Counted from the stretch's first letter, positions 42,850 to 52,146 are shown. The stretch is DNA of 64,000 nt from Candidatus Omnitrophota bacterium (GCA_041661605.1 JBAZUE010000001.1:542928-606927); one strand, 5' to 3'. A program made the numbers and translations. The notes: generated from the sequence alone by a model not told the origin.

Positions 42850-44147
42850 TTATAGATGCGGTCATCAAATATTATATCACTGTGGAGCACCGGGCGCTTA
42901 AGTTTTATTCCACTCAGACAAGTGCATCTGCTAAGCGCTACATATAACTGGCCGTGGGTAAAGGCGCCATGCCCCAAGTCGATGATCACTTTATCAAAAG
43001 TCTGGCCCTGGCTCTTATGAATAGTTATGGCCCAAGCCAGTTTTAAAGGATATTGCGCAAATTCGCCAACAACTTCATCTTCTATCTTATCTTCAGCCTC
43101 ATTGTAACTATATTCAATTTTTTGCCATTTCATGACGGGGATATCGCATGCCAGGCCGTTGATATTGACGACTATCGAATCTTTCGATAAAGCGGTGACT
43201 TTGGCAAGCGTGCCATTCACCCATCTTTTGTCGGGATCATTCTTTATCAATATTACCTGCGCGCCTTTTTTGAGTTTTAAGTATGCGTCGGTAGGATATG
43301 TTGGCTCTTCGAATCTTCCGGTTGCCATGGCCTTATACACTATCTCTTTGCCGGGAAGTTTTGATAAGCGATCCTGGTTAATCGCGTTTGCCAGGCTGTT
43401 GGTCGTTGTCAGGATCACGGTTGAGTCCTTCTTAGAAAACTCTAACCCTTTTTGGACTCTATTATTCAATATGCCCAGGTCATCTTCGGTATGCTCTTTA
43501 TTCCTGACCCGGTTTAAAAGCTCCATGAACGAGCTGTCTTTCTGTCTATATATAGTCGAGAGCTCAATTGTCCTGATATGACAGGCGTCAAACACTTTAG
43601 CGCTGAAAAAATAAGGAGTCGCATATCGTTCTCCCAAAAGCTGTCTTGCTTCATGCTCAACCACAGGAGAAAGCTGGAAAAGATCCCCAAAAAATACCAT
43701 TTGGACTCCGCCAAACGGCGCCTTCATTCTGCCGCGGTTGAGGCGCAATGCATAGTCGATGCCGTCCATAAGGTCTGAGCGGACCATGGATACTTCGTCT
43801 ATTATTACCATATCTATATTTTCAAGCAAGCTCTTGTCTCTAAGGCGTTTTATTGCATCCTTTTGGATAATCTTTGGAGGAAGCCTGAAGAAGGAGTGAA
43901 TTGTCTGGCCGCCAACATTAATGGCCGCCACGCCCGTCGGGGCTAAGACGATTATATTTTTGCCGGTGTTGGCTTTAAAATATTTTAAAAGGGTGGATTT
44001 TCCGGTGCCGGCTTTACCGGTGATAAAAAGGCATTCTTTGGTATACTCCATAAGATCAAAGGCCGACTTGAATTCATCGTTTATATCAAGCTGGTCAGGG
44101 AGTTGGTCTCTGGATATTGTTTGGCTGGTGGAGAATTTCATAATCAA
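42822..44147 (-). CDS. Pif1/RecD-like SF1 DNA helicase
   Basis: Walker A GKAGTGKST, Walker B IIDEVSM, and the C-terminal AITIHKSQGQTFDKVIID motif. The last 8 codons are read from element copy 4. Confidence 0.8.
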   Translation of the reverse strand: MIMKFSTSQTISRDQLPDQLDINDEFKSAFDLMEYTKECLFITGKAGTGKSTLLKYFKANTGKNIIVLAPTGVAAINVGGQTIHSFFRLPPKIIQKDAIKRLRDKSLLENIDMVIIDEVSMVRSDLMDGIDYALRLNRGRMKAPFGGVQMVFFGDLFQLSPVVEHEARQLLGERYATPYFFSAKVFDACHIRTIELSTIYRQKDSSFMELLNRVRNKEHTEDDLGILNNRVQKGLEFSKKDSTVILTTTNSLANAINQDRLSKLPGKEIVYKAMATGRFEEPTYPTDAYLKLKKGAQVILIKNDPDKRWVNGTLAKVTALSKDSIVVNINGLACDIPVMKWQKIEYSYNEAEDKIEDEVVGEFAQYPLKLAWAITIHKSQGQTFDKVIIDLGHGAFTHGQLYVALSRCTCLSGIKLKRPVLHSDIIFDDRIYKVDSLRNLL

Positions 44148-44380
44148 TAATTAAAAAGATCCTTCAGCTGGTACTGCTTAGACGCGGCTTTATTCAACGC
44201 GTTAAGAACCCTACGCTGAATCTTCGGCGTCAGGCGCCTGCCCTTAACCGCCCGGTTAATCATCTTATAAGTTAATTGCTCGGTGGAATTATTGACCAAG
44301 TCCGTAGGCTTAAAATTGTGTTCAGCCATAAGCTTGGCGATCGGCTGCGGACCTAGATCATATATAGTATTTTTATTCAC
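44144..44380 (-). CDS. hypothetical small basic protein (possible DNA-binding), translationally coupled to the helicase
   Basis: 78 aa; GTG start; ATGA overlap with the helicase. The basic region AVKGRRLTPKIQRRVLNALNK suggests nucleic-acid binding. Confidence 0.4.
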   Translation of the reverse strand: MNKNTIYDLGPQPIAKLMAEHNFKPTDLVNNSTEQLTYKMINRAVKGRRLTPKIQRRVLNALNKAASKQYQLKDLFNY

Positions 44381-44420
44381 TGCAAAATACCTGTGGTAAA
44401 TTTAAGATACTCTTAACATG

Positions 44421-44482
44421 TATTTGTTTTGGAACAATATTATTTGCAATGAGTTACATAGACTGTCTACAGGGTCTACAGG
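44421..44482 (-). repeat. 51-bp unit-boundary element, copy 5 (class 1) with 9-bp terminal tandem duplication
   Basis: TATTTGTTTTGGAACAATATTATTTGCAATGAGTTACATAGACTGTCTACA followed by a second GTCTACAGG. The symporter stop TAG (44476-44478) lies in the duplicated unit. Confidence 0.9.
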
Positions 44483-45807
44483 GTTATGTCTTTGGCCAGG
44501 TAATCTTTTGTCTCCGCGTGGACAACGCTGCTCAAGACTAGCAATGAAATAAGATTCGGCAGGGCCATTAAGGCGTTGGCTATATCCGAAAACGACCAAA
44601 CAATAGGAAGCGTAGCCACAGAACCCACCATCACCGCAGCTATCCATAACCAGCGATAAGGCTTAATCGCCCGATGGCCAAAGAGATACTCCGCTGATTT
44701 CTCGCCATAATATGACCATCCAATAATTGTGCTAAAAACAAAGGTGAGCAGCCCGATAGTTAAAACAACCGGCCCTATCACTGGGATCGCGGTAAAAGCT
44801 GTTTTAGTAAGTAAGGCGCCGTCTAAGCCTTTGGTCCATACACCGGAATTAACCAGGACAATTCCTGAGATAGCGCAGACTACCACGGTGTCCCAGAATG
44901 TGCCTGTCGAGGAAACTAACGCCTGCCTGGCAGGATGCCTTGTTTGAGCTGCCGCAGCAACAATAGGCGCGCTGCCTAATCCGGATTCATTTGAGAAAAG
45001 TCCTCTGGCAACACCAAAGCGGACAGCTTCTTTCATTCCCGCGCCGAGAAACCCACCTATGGCGGCCTGGCCGGTAAAGGCGCTCTTAAAAATCAAGATT
45101 ATTGTCGCAGGTATTGTATTAAATTTAAGCGCAAGTATTATAACGCAGCCCAAGACATAAAATACTGCCATCAAGGGAACGAATTTTTCGCAAACCCTGG
45201 AAATTGATGTAATCCCGCCGATTATTACAACTGCCGTAAAAATAGTGATAATTATTCCGGTGATCCACGGCGAAATATGAAATGTGTCTTTTACGAGCAC
45301 CGCTATGGAGTTTGCCTGCACCATGTTGCCGATGCCAAAGGCGGCGATGGCGGCAAACAGGGCAAAGAGTATGCCCAGCCAGCGGCAGTGCATACCCCTC
45401 TCCAAAACGTACATCGGGCCGCCGGAGAATGTGCCGTTTTTGGAGGTTGTGCGGTATTTCACCGAAAGCATTGCTTCGGCGTATTTTGTGGCGATACCAA
45501 AGACTCCGGTAAGCCACATCCAAAGTACAGCGCCCGGGCCGCCGGAAGCAATGGCTGTGCCGACTCCGACGATGTTACCGGCGCCGATGGTTGCGGCAAG
45601 GGCCGTAGTAAGGGCTCCGAAATGGCTGATGTCCCCATCGCCTTCTTTATGCCTGCTGAAAGAAATCTTGATTGCCCTGAAAATATATTTTTGCACAAAC
45701 CCGAGGCGGAAAGTAAGGTAGATATGCGTACCCATCAGCAATACAAGCATGGGCAAGCCCCAGACATAACCATCTACAGTGTTAAGAAGTTTTTCAAGTA
45801 TCTGCAT
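44476..45807 (-). CDS. alanine/glycine:cation symporter (AGCS family)
   Basis: About 11 TM helices. ALATALAATIGAGNIVGV and SNESGLGSAPI motifs are typical of sodium:alanine symporters. Confidence 0.88.
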   Translation of the reverse strand: MQILEKLLNTVDGYVWGLPMLVLLMGTHIYLTFRLGFVQKYIFRAIKISFSRHKEGDGDISHFGALTTALAATIGAGNIVGVGTAIASGGPGAVLWMWLTGVFGIATKYAEAMLSVKYRTTSKNGTFSGGPMYVLERGMHCRWLGILFALFAAIAAFGIGNMVQANSIAVLVKDTFHISPWITGIIITIFTAVVIIGGITSISRVCEKFVPLMAVFYVLGCVIILALKFNTIPATIILIFKSAFTGQAAIGGFLGAGMKEAVRFGVARGLFSNESGLGSAPIVAAAAQTRHPARQALVSSTGTFWDTVVVCAISGIVLVNSGVWTKGLDGALLTKTAFTAIPVIGPVVLTIGLLTFVFSTIIGWSYYGEKSAEYLFGHRAIKPYRWLWIAAVMVGSVATLPIVWSFSDIANALMALPNLISLLVLSSVVHAETKDYLAKDITL

Positions 45808-46902
45808 TTATTTTAACTCACCGGTTACATCAATAATTTGCTGTTGTTTATCATCTATTACTATGGATTTTTGAGGAGCTCCTGGCGCGAGGCTAAATTT
45901 TTTCAGGTCTACCTTTTTCCAGGCGGTATTTTCATAAGTTTTATAATACAAAACAAGGTTTGTTAAATCTTTGATCACTACCCATTGGGCATATCCTTCC
46001 ATATGGACAAGAGGAGCGGGATTTTCTTTAATGGCTCCTTTAGGAATATCGACAATGTTTAAAAGATGCTCTGCCAGATTTACTGCCTCAGCTGCGTCTT
46101 TTGCAGGCAAAGCCGAATCCAAAGAGTACGCCACGCGCACAAACCTGGACGGAGGAGTCCAATCGCCGGGCAGGCCAAGCAGGCCGCTGCCAACGCCGGT
46201 AGGTTCCAGTTTCAAACCGTTAAGCATCCTATCTTTTCTGTCGTGGGCATCCAGATTTATATAATTTCTCAGATTGGTAATCTGCCAGGGAAATTCCGGA
46301 CGATTGGTCATGACTCCCAGCGGATTATCATATATTTTTACTTCTCCGTCAATAAATTCGACGACCAGATTATTTCCGTTGGCATCATGCACGGCGATAT
46401 GCATATATAGCTCTCCGCCTGCTTCTTTCAAATTTATGCCCGTGACGCTTATCTTAGGCAAAGCCTCTTTTACCTCATCCACTGTCGCGAAATTTCCCAT
46501 AATCCAGGAACCAAGGTTGCTCATGGTAACGAATTTACCCGGCTCTGCAGGCTGATACTTTGCGCCTGTGAACATCAACGCGTCAAAAGCAAGGCCCTTT
46601 TCATTAAATCCCTCTACATAGCAATTTTTAAGATTATAGGCATCCACCCCTAAGAATCCATATTTATTCGTCCAGGTTATCCCCTTAGCGCCTTTATCAT
46701 CGATGCTGACAAATTGCTGTCCGGCTGGCACGATGACGACGTTGGAATGAAGATCTATGGGGAATTCCATGGAACGACCGATAACCACGGTATTATCTTC
46801 GGCTTTGATCTGGAAATCAGTACAGGCAAAAGATAGATTAGATGCTAAAACCAAAAAAGAAACTGTCGCGGTTAAGATTACTGCCTTTTTCTTTCCGTTC
46901 AT
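45808..46902 (-). CDS. choloylglycine hydrolase family (linear amide C-N hydrolase, Ntn)
   Basis: Signal peptide ends in FA|CTDFQIK, placing the nucleophile Cys at the mature N-terminus. RSMEF and NRPEFPWQ blocks. Confidence 0.8.
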   Translation of the reverse strand: MNGKKKAVILTATVSFLVLASNLSFACTDFQIKAEDNTVVIGRSMEFPIDLHSNVVIVPAGQQFVSIDDKGAKGITWTNKYGFLGVDAYNLKNCYVEGFNEKGLAFDALMFTGAKYQPAEPGKFVTMSNLGSWIMGNFATVDEVKEALPKISVTGINLKEAGGELYMHIAVHDANGNNLVVEFIDGEVKIYDNPLGVMTNRPEFPWQITNLRNYINLDAHDRKDRMLNGLKLEPTGVGSGLLGLPGDWTPPSRFVRVAYSLDSALPAKDAAEAVNLAEHLLNIVDIPKGAIKENPAPLVHMEGYAQWVVIKDLTNLVLYYKTYENTAWKKVDLKKFSLAPGAPQKSIVIDDKQQQIIDVTGELK

Positions 46903-46939
46903 TTATTTTCTCCTTTTTCAGGTTTAGTTTAGTGATTTG

Positions 46940-46948
46940 ATTATAGCA
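46940..46948 (-). promoter_or_regulatory. extended -10 promoter candidate for hydrolase-symporter
   Basis: Minus-strand TGCTATAAT, about 38 nt upstream of the ATG at 46902 (AAAGGAGAAAA RBS). Confidence 0.4.
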
Positions 46949-47009
46949 CTTTCAGGCAAAAATAATAGGAAAAGACATCTTGCCAGGGCTAATTAGCCTG
47001 CGGTTCTAT

Positions 47010-47774
47010 TTATCTGGTGCTTCGCCTAAATTCAGGCCAGGGGAAACTTTTGCCCGGGCAATCTGTCCTGGCTCCCCGGACCTGGCCATGCCCAAGGATG
47101 CATCCGGAGGAAATATTATAATATTTTCTTAATTTATTTACCAGATAAACCAAGGCCTCCATTTGTTTTGGGGTCGGTGTTTCGTTATTAAAATTGCCCA
47201 CCAAACATATGCCGATTGCTTTTGAATTCATGCCGGAAGCTTTGCAATGAGAGCCATTCTCCTTTTTCAGCCACCTGGGAGAAACTTCAATCTGCCCGTC
47301 TTTTTTGCCTTTGCTGCCGTTATCAATTACAAAATGATACCCTAACCCATCCCAGCCTTTCGAAAGATGCGCCTTGTCAAAAGCCAGCGAGTTGCCTTCA
47401 TCTGTAGCGCTATGATGTATAATAATATACCTCCATTTATTGGATGGATAGAGCGAAACAACCGGGACAAGCGGAGCAGCGGCCGGGATCAAAAGACACT
47501 GGCCTTTTCTTAAAAGGGGTTCTTTTGAATTTAGCCTGTTGGCGCGCAATATTTCATTTGAGGGGACATTGTACATCTTGCTGATCCGCCAAAGAGTTTC
47601 TCCTGGAGCAACGATATGGGAGATATCCTGTCTTGAGGCACAAACAGGAACTTGCGGCTGAAGTTGCCGGGTTTGCACCGGCTGAGGTTTAATCGGAGGC
47701 GTAGCGCAAGAACTTAATATGCATGTCAATATCAAGGCTGCACCGGAATGTATAAATTTGCATGCTTTTTTCAT
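47010..47774 (-). CDS. LysM-domain N-acetylmuramoyl-L-alanine amidase (Amidase_2) lipoprotein
   Basis: Lipobox ILSSC. LysM region HIVAPGETLWRISKMYNV. Amidase_2 region IIIHHSAT...GYHFVIDN...CPG. Start set to MKKACKF (47774); the ORF-track start 47795 lies inside element copy 6. Confidence 0.85.
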   Translation of the reverse strand: MKKACKFIHSGAALILTCILSSCATPPIKPQPVQTRQLQPQVPVCASRQDISHIVAPGETLWRISKMYNVPSNEILRANRLNSKEPLLRKGQCLLIPAAAPLVPVVSLYPSNKWRYIIIHHSATDEGNSLAFDKAHLSKGWDGLGYHFVIDNGSKGKKDGQIEVSPRWLKKENGSHCKASGMNSKAIGICLVGNFNNETPTPKQMEALVYLVNKLRKYYNISSGCILGHGQVRGARTDCPGKSFPWPEFRRSTR

Positions 47775-47778
47775 AATG

Positions 47779-47829
47779 TATTTGTTTTGTAACAATATTA
47801 TTCACAACAAGTTATATACACTGTCTACA
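47779..47829 (-). repeat. 51-bp unit-boundary element, copy 6 (class 1)
   Basis: TATTTGTTTTGTAACAATATTATTCACAACAAGTTATATACACTGTCTACA. It supplies the ABC-F stop TAG (47825-47827). The amidase ATG lies 4 nt beyond the other end. Confidence 0.9.
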
Positions 47830-49717
47830 GTTCTAGGTCTTCAAGGTGCTCCCAGCGCTGGTTGGCCTTGTCCAACTCGCGGGAAAGCTCCTCAGATCTG
47901 GCTTCGGCTTTAGCTTTTTCCTCGGGGCTTTTCTGGTAAAAGTTCAAATCCGCGAATAACGCGTATAGCGCTTTTTGTTCCTCTTCCATTTTTTCTATTC
48001 TTAAGGGCAACTCGGCTAATTCTTTCTGTTCTTTAAAGGTAAGTTTGCGTGGGGTAACCGGCTTTGCTTTTTTTATCGGCTCTTTTTTTACTTTGATCTT
48101 TGGCGGTTCAGGGGTTGTTTCTTGAGGGCGCTGGCTTAACCAGTCGTCATATCCTCCAGGATATTCATTGACTACTCCGTTGCCCTCCAAGGCAATGGTT
48201 GAGGTAACTACGTTATTCAGGAATTGCCGGTCATGGCTGACTAAAAGTAAGGTGCCGTCATACTCCGAGAGCAATTCTTCCAGAAGTTCCAAGGTCTCGA
48301 TATCCAAGTCGTTGGTCGGTTCATCCATTACCAGCACATTAGACGGCTTGGAAAAAAGCCGGGCAAGCAGCAGGCGGTTGCGCTCCCCTCCGGAAAGAAC
48401 CTTGACTTTGGTCCGGCTGCGGTCCGGGGAGAAAAGAAAATCCTGCAGGTATCCCAGGATATGCCGGGGTTTGCCGTTAATGGTTATAGTATCGCCTGAA
48501 TCGTTGACATTTTCAGCCACAGTTTTTTCTTCATCCAACTGGCCGCGCAATTGGTCGTAATAAGCGACTTCTAAGTTAGTGCCCAGGGTGACTTTTCCTC
48601 TCTGCGGCTCAAGTTTGCCTAAGAGAAGGCGTAAAAGTGTGGTCTTGCCGCTGCCGTTGGGGCCGATCAAACCGATTTTATCGTGGCGCATTATATTGGT
48701 GGAAAAATCCCGGATCAAGGTTTTATCGCCATAGCCAAAATACAGCTGGGCTGCCTTGATTACTTTGTGCCCGGAGAGAACTGATTTTTGCGTGCGCATG
48801 CGCACCATACCTTCTTCTTTACGCTGGGTCTTTTTCTCTTGCCTTAAACGTTCGAGGGCCTTGACCCTTCCTTCATTACGGCAACGCCGGGCCTTAACCC
48901 CCTGGCGGATCCAGACTTCTTCTTCGGCTAACTTTTTATCAAAATGATTCCATTCCGATTCTTCAATATCCAATGCCGCCTGTTTACGTTCCAAGAAGGT
49001 TTTGTAATCGCATGACCAGCTAAAGATCCTGCCCCGGTCAAGTTCAAGTATGCGGGTGGCCAGGTGTGTCATAAATAAACGGTCATGGGTAACAAAGAAT
49101 ACTGTGCCGGGATAACCGGCCAAGAAATCCTCCAGCCAGTTTATGGAATCTATATCTAAATGATTTGTCGGCTCATCCAGAAGTAAAACTTCCGGTTTTA
49201 ACACCAGGGCTCTGGCTAAGAGCACGCGGCGTTTCTGGCCTCCGGAAAGAGTCTGAAAATCACTATCGGCGTCCAGCTTCATCCGAGAAATAACATACTC
49301 AACCTGGTTATTCACATCCCAGCTTGCAGTGCGATCCAATTCTGCCTGCAGGTTATCCAGCTGGCGGAATAATTCTTTGGTATGCTCAGTTTGCAGACGA
49401 TGGGTGAGTTTATGGTAGCGGCTTAAAAGATTGGCCTGCTCTCCCAACCCGGAGAGGACAATATCATAAACATTGCCCTCCATTTGGACCGAGACTTCCT
49501 GAGGAAGATAGGCGACCTGGATGCCTTTTTGCAGGACCAGTTGTCCTGCGTCGGGCGAAAGCTCCCCTGCTATTATCTTCATAAGCGTGGTTTTGCCGGC
49601 TCCGTTACGGCCAAGCAGGGCGACCCGTTCGCCCGGCTCCAGCTGCAGGCTTAGGCGGTCAAAAATAAGCGGACCGGCGAACTTTAAACTAATCTCTTGC
49701 AAACTAATTAATGACAT
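47825..49717 (-). CDS. uup: ABC-F family ATPase (Uup-like)
   Basis: Two ABC cassettes (GRNGAGKTT / LSGGQKRR and GPNGSGKTT / LSGGERNR) plus a C-terminal coiled coil; no TM domain. Confidence 0.85.
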   Translation of the reverse strand: MSLISLQEISLKFAGPLIFDRLSLQLEPGERVALLGRNGAGKTTLMKIIAGELSPDAGQLVLQKGIQVAYLPQEVSVQMEGNVYDIVLSGLGEQANLLSRYHKLTHRLQTEHTKELFRQLDNLQAELDRTASWDVNNQVEYVISRMKLDADSDFQTLSGGQKRRVLLARALVLKPEVLLLDEPTNHLDIDSINWLEDFLAGYPGTVFFVTHDRLFMTHLATRILELDRGRIFSWSCDYKTFLERKQAALDIEESEWNHFDKKLAEEEVWIRQGVKARRCRNEGRVKALERLRQEKKTQRKEEGMVRMRTQKSVLSGHKVIKAAQLYFGYGDKTLIRDFSTNIMRHDKIGLIGPNGSGKTTLLRLLLGKLEPQRGKVTLGTNLEVAYYDQLRGQLDEEKTVAENVNDSGDTITINGKPRHILGYLQDFLFSPDRSRTKVKVLSGGERNRLLLARLFSKPSNVLVMDEPTNDLDIETLELLEELLSEYDGTLLLVSHDRQFLNNVVTSTIALEGNGVVNEYPGGYDDWLSQRPQETTPEPPKIKVKKEPIKKAKPVTPRKLTFKEQKELAELPLRIEKMEEEQKALYALFADLNFYQKSPEEKAKAEARSEELSRELDKANQRWEHLEDLEL

Positions 49718-49802
49718 AGTGACTCTCTTAAAATAATTATCTGATTAGATAATTATTTAGATTATTTTTAAAACAAATGATTTCGGAATTATCCTCGGCC
49801 GC

Positions 49803-50240
49803 TTAGGCGCGGTCTCTGCTGCGTTTGCGGAAAGACGGCTTTCTTCTTGCGCCGAAACTGCGGTCTCCCATAGCAGGAGAACCTTCTCTATCTTTACGCT
49901 TGGCAAAACAATCTTTGCAGTATACTGGACGGTCTCCGGTGGGCCTGAAGGGAACCTCGCATTCAGTTTTGCATTCCGCGCAGATAGCTTTGGTAAAACT
50001 TCTATCCTGGAAGCTGTTTTCCCGTCCACCTCTATCGCGTCGAAAAGAGCTCTCGAAGCGTCGGGAAGGCCTGCCGTATTCTTTTCTCTCTGAAGACTTT
50101 TGCGCAGATTGAGCAATCAAGGTATCGATCTTCTGCTCCAGAAAGGTTAGCTGCTGTTGAATTTTACCAATTGTACCGGATAGATCCGGCTGAGCAGGCG
50201 ATTCAGCTGCGTGACTTTTACGTTTAAATATTTTTTTCAT
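49803..50240 (-). CDS. CxxC-x17-CxxC domain protein
   Basis: CAECKTECEVPFRPTGDRPVYCKDCF flanked by R/S/K-rich low-complexity sequence. AAGGAGAAAA RBS. Confidence 0.6.
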   Translation of the reverse strand: MKKIFKRKSHAAESPAQPDLSGTIGKIQQQLTFLEQKIDTLIAQSAQKSSERKEYGRPSRRFESSFRRDRGGRENSFQDRSFTKAICAECKTECEVPFRPTGDRPVYCKDCFAKRKDREGSPAMGDRSFGARRKPSFRKRSRDRA

Positions 50241-50290
50241 TTTTCTCCTTGTTTGTTTATATGGTTAAACTTGCTGTGCTTTGTTTAACT

Positions 50291-50318
50291 ACTATACACC
50301 TTTTACAGGATAAAGCAA
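50291..50318 (-). promoter_or_regulatory. sigma70-like promoter of the CxxC-x17-CxxC gene
   Basis: Minus-strand TTGCTT-N16-TATAGT. Confidence 0.5.
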
Positions 50319-50326
50319 TCGAATGG

Positions 50327-51040
50327 CTATTTTAACGTGGAGCGGGAAAGAAGCTCCCTGGCTCCATTTTTATCCTGAATATAGACTTCAGGGACAAATT
50401 CGATGGAGTTAGGAATAAGATCGGCGATAACTTTCTTTAAACGCGCCTGCTGCGTTTCATTTTGGGGATCAAAAATGGGATTTTGGCTTAAGTCGTTTAA
50501 TAAAAGAATAACCGGCTCGGACGCAAATATAAAATCTTTCAAAAGCTGCTTAACAAGAAGATCTAAATAATCCGGTTTGTCTTTGAACACATCCACAGCG
50601 GTTTTAAAAGTAATCTTTCCCCAATCGTAAGAGACGGTTTTATGCAGCAGGGCGTAGACGGAAGAATATCTGAGCATTCTAATTTTACCGTCTGATAATT
50701 TAGCTGCCTCATTCATGATGAGGGTACTTAACTCCGCGTGTTTAAATGTTTTGATTTCTTTGTGTATGTCGATAGTCAGAAGGTCAAAAATATAAACGCC
50801 GCGGACGCTGGATGTGGCGCTGATTGTGCTACGTTTTAGAAAATCCTCTACCGCATCCCAGAGGATTTTTTCATCATTGCGCACAAAATTTAATACTAAA
50901 AGAGTGCAGGCCTGGCCTTCGCGGACAACTTTATATTGACGGACTTTATCCTCGTTGCGGCCGACATATGAAATTTCGTCAAAAAGCGGCATATGCTGGA
51001 AGAGGTTTGATTTTTGAAATCCGAAATCGATTAAATTCAT
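50327..51040 (-). CDS. hypothetical protein
   Basis: 237-aa ORF with no recognisable motif; starts 14 nt after element copy 7. Confidence 0.4.
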   Translation of the reverse strand: MNLIDFGFQKSNLFQHMPLFDEISYVGRNEDKVRQYKVVREGQACTLLVLNFVRNDEKILWDAVEDFLKRSTISATSSVRGVYIFDLLTIDIHKEIKTFKHAELSTLIMNEAAKLSDGKIRMLRYSSVYALLHKTVSYDWGKITFKTAVDVFKDKPDYLDLLVKQLLKDFIFASEPVILLLNDLSQNPIFDPQNETQQARLKKVIADLIPNSIEFVPEVYIQDKNGARELLSRSTLK

Positions 51041-51049
51041 ATCTTCAAA

Positions 51050-52048
51050 CTAAAGAATTGTTTTGTAACTTATTAATACACAGATAGTTATATAAAGCGT
51101 CTTACTAATCATTGATTCCATTTCCAAACGAGTTTTTGCGCGGGAGGACTGCTCCCTTAGCGGCCGGATGTTGCGGATACCCTTGGTGTACCAGCCAAAA
51201 AATTTGCGGAATAAAATTACCCCGTTTCTTTCTCCGTAAAAATCGACTGAGGCGCCTAGATGTTCCAGCATTACCTTAACTACCTTTGGCCTTTCGGGCT
51301 TTGGGAGGATTTTGCCGGTTTTTAAGAATTCTTTTATTTCTTTGAATATCCACGGGTTTCCAAATGAACCGCGGGCAATAACTAAGCCATCACAATTTGT
51401 TTCGCCAAGCATTTTTTTGGCTAATTGCTCCGAGAAAACGTCGCCACTGGCAATAACCGGTATGCTTAATGCCTTCTTTACTTCAGCAAGTACTTTATAA
51501 TCCACGCTACCGCCGTACTCCTGGGTTTTAGTCCTTCCGTGGATAAATAATCCGCTGACTCCGGCATCCTGGGCGCAAAGCGCTACTTCCCTGGCATTAA
51601 TAGTATCTTTATCCCAGCCTAAACGCATTTTTACGGTTACCGGGATTTTAGAGTTTTTTACTATCAACTTAAGTAATTTATGAAGCTTCCTGGGTTCTTT
51701 TAACAGGGCAGCTCCCTCACCGCGGCGGACGACTTTCTTCGCAGGACAGGCAGCATTAAAATCAAGGATATCAAATTTATAAGCTTTCAGGACGTCCAAG
51801 GCTTTTAGAATAAATTTCTCTTCACAGCCTAATATCTGAACACCCAGAGGCTTATCTTTCGGCAAGGTAGAAAGCATGTGCCGGGTCTTCCTGCTTTTGT
51901 GAGAGATTGAGCGACAGTTGATCATCTCGACAAACGCCAGCTCCGCGCCAAACTTCCGACAGAGCATGCGAAATGGCAAATCTGTTACTCCGGCCATTGG
52001 AGCCAGGATTAAATTTGATTTTAGTTTTAAGCTGCCGATTTTAAACAT
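51050..52048 (-). CDS. dusB: tRNA-dihydrouridine synthase
   Basis: LAPMAGVTDLPFR, DFNAACP and FIHGRT motifs. Start set to MFKIGS (52048). The C-terminal 17 codons are read from element copy 7. Confidence 0.85.
   Translation of the reverse strand: MFKIGSLKLKSNLILAPMAGVTDLPFRMLCRKFGAELAFVEMINCRSISHKSRKTRHMLSTLPKDKPLGVQILGCEEKFILKALDVLKAYKFDILDFNAACPAKKVVRRGEGAALLKEPRKLHKLLKLIVKNSKIPVTVKMRLGWDKDTINAREVALCAQDAGVSGLFIHGRTKTQEYGGSVDYKVLAEVKKALSIPVIASGDVFSEQLAKKMLGETNCDGLVIARGSFGNPWIFKEIKEFLKTGKILPKPERPKVVKVMLEHLGASVDFYGERNGVILFRKFFGWYTKGIRNIRPLREQSSRAKTRLEMESMISKTLYITICVLISYKTIL
51055..51105 (-). repeat. 51-bp unit-boundary element, copy 7 (class 2)
   Basis: GAATTGTTTTGTAACTTATTAATACACAGATAGTTATATAAAGCGTCTTAC. 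The dusB ORF reads completely through it. Confidence 0.8.
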
Positions 52049-52049
52049 A

Positions 52050-52084
52050 CTAAAATAATTTAGCGGAGGCTTCAACCTCCGCTA
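52050..52084 (-). terminator. terminator-like hairpin between element copy 8 and the dusB start
   Basis: Minus-strand TAGCGGAGG-TTGAAG-CCTCCGCTA followed by AATTATTTTAG. The dusB ATG follows immediately. Confidence 0.45.
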
Positions 52085-52093
52085 CAGATTCCG

Positions 52094-52144
52094 TAATTGT
52101 TTTGTAACTTATAGAAATATAAAGAGATACATAAAACGTCTTAT
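52094..52144 (-). repeat. 51-bp unit-boundary element, copy 8 (class 2)
   Basis: TAATTGTTTTGTAACTTATAGAAATATAAAGAGATACATAAAACGTCTTAT. It begins right after the pgi TAA-TAA-TAA triple stop. Confidence 0.75.
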
Positions 52145-52146
52145 TA

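Noticed and set aside
39397-44400. Calling the 39.4-44.4 kb region an intact prophage or integrative element.
   Set aside because: No integrase, transposase, replication, structural or conjugation genes are present. The excisionase-type HTH alone is insufficient. The holin-family-4 (YvlD) protein is a widespread housekeeping-type membrane protein and is not adjacent to the amidase.
49757-50116. Minus-strand ORFs that overlap called genes in another frame: 49757-50116, 44402-44647, 45125-45523, 45459-45698, 13906-14163, 41392-41703 and 38449-39332.
   Set aside because: They are alternative frames of, or antisense to, genes with clear family motifs. None has independent start signals.
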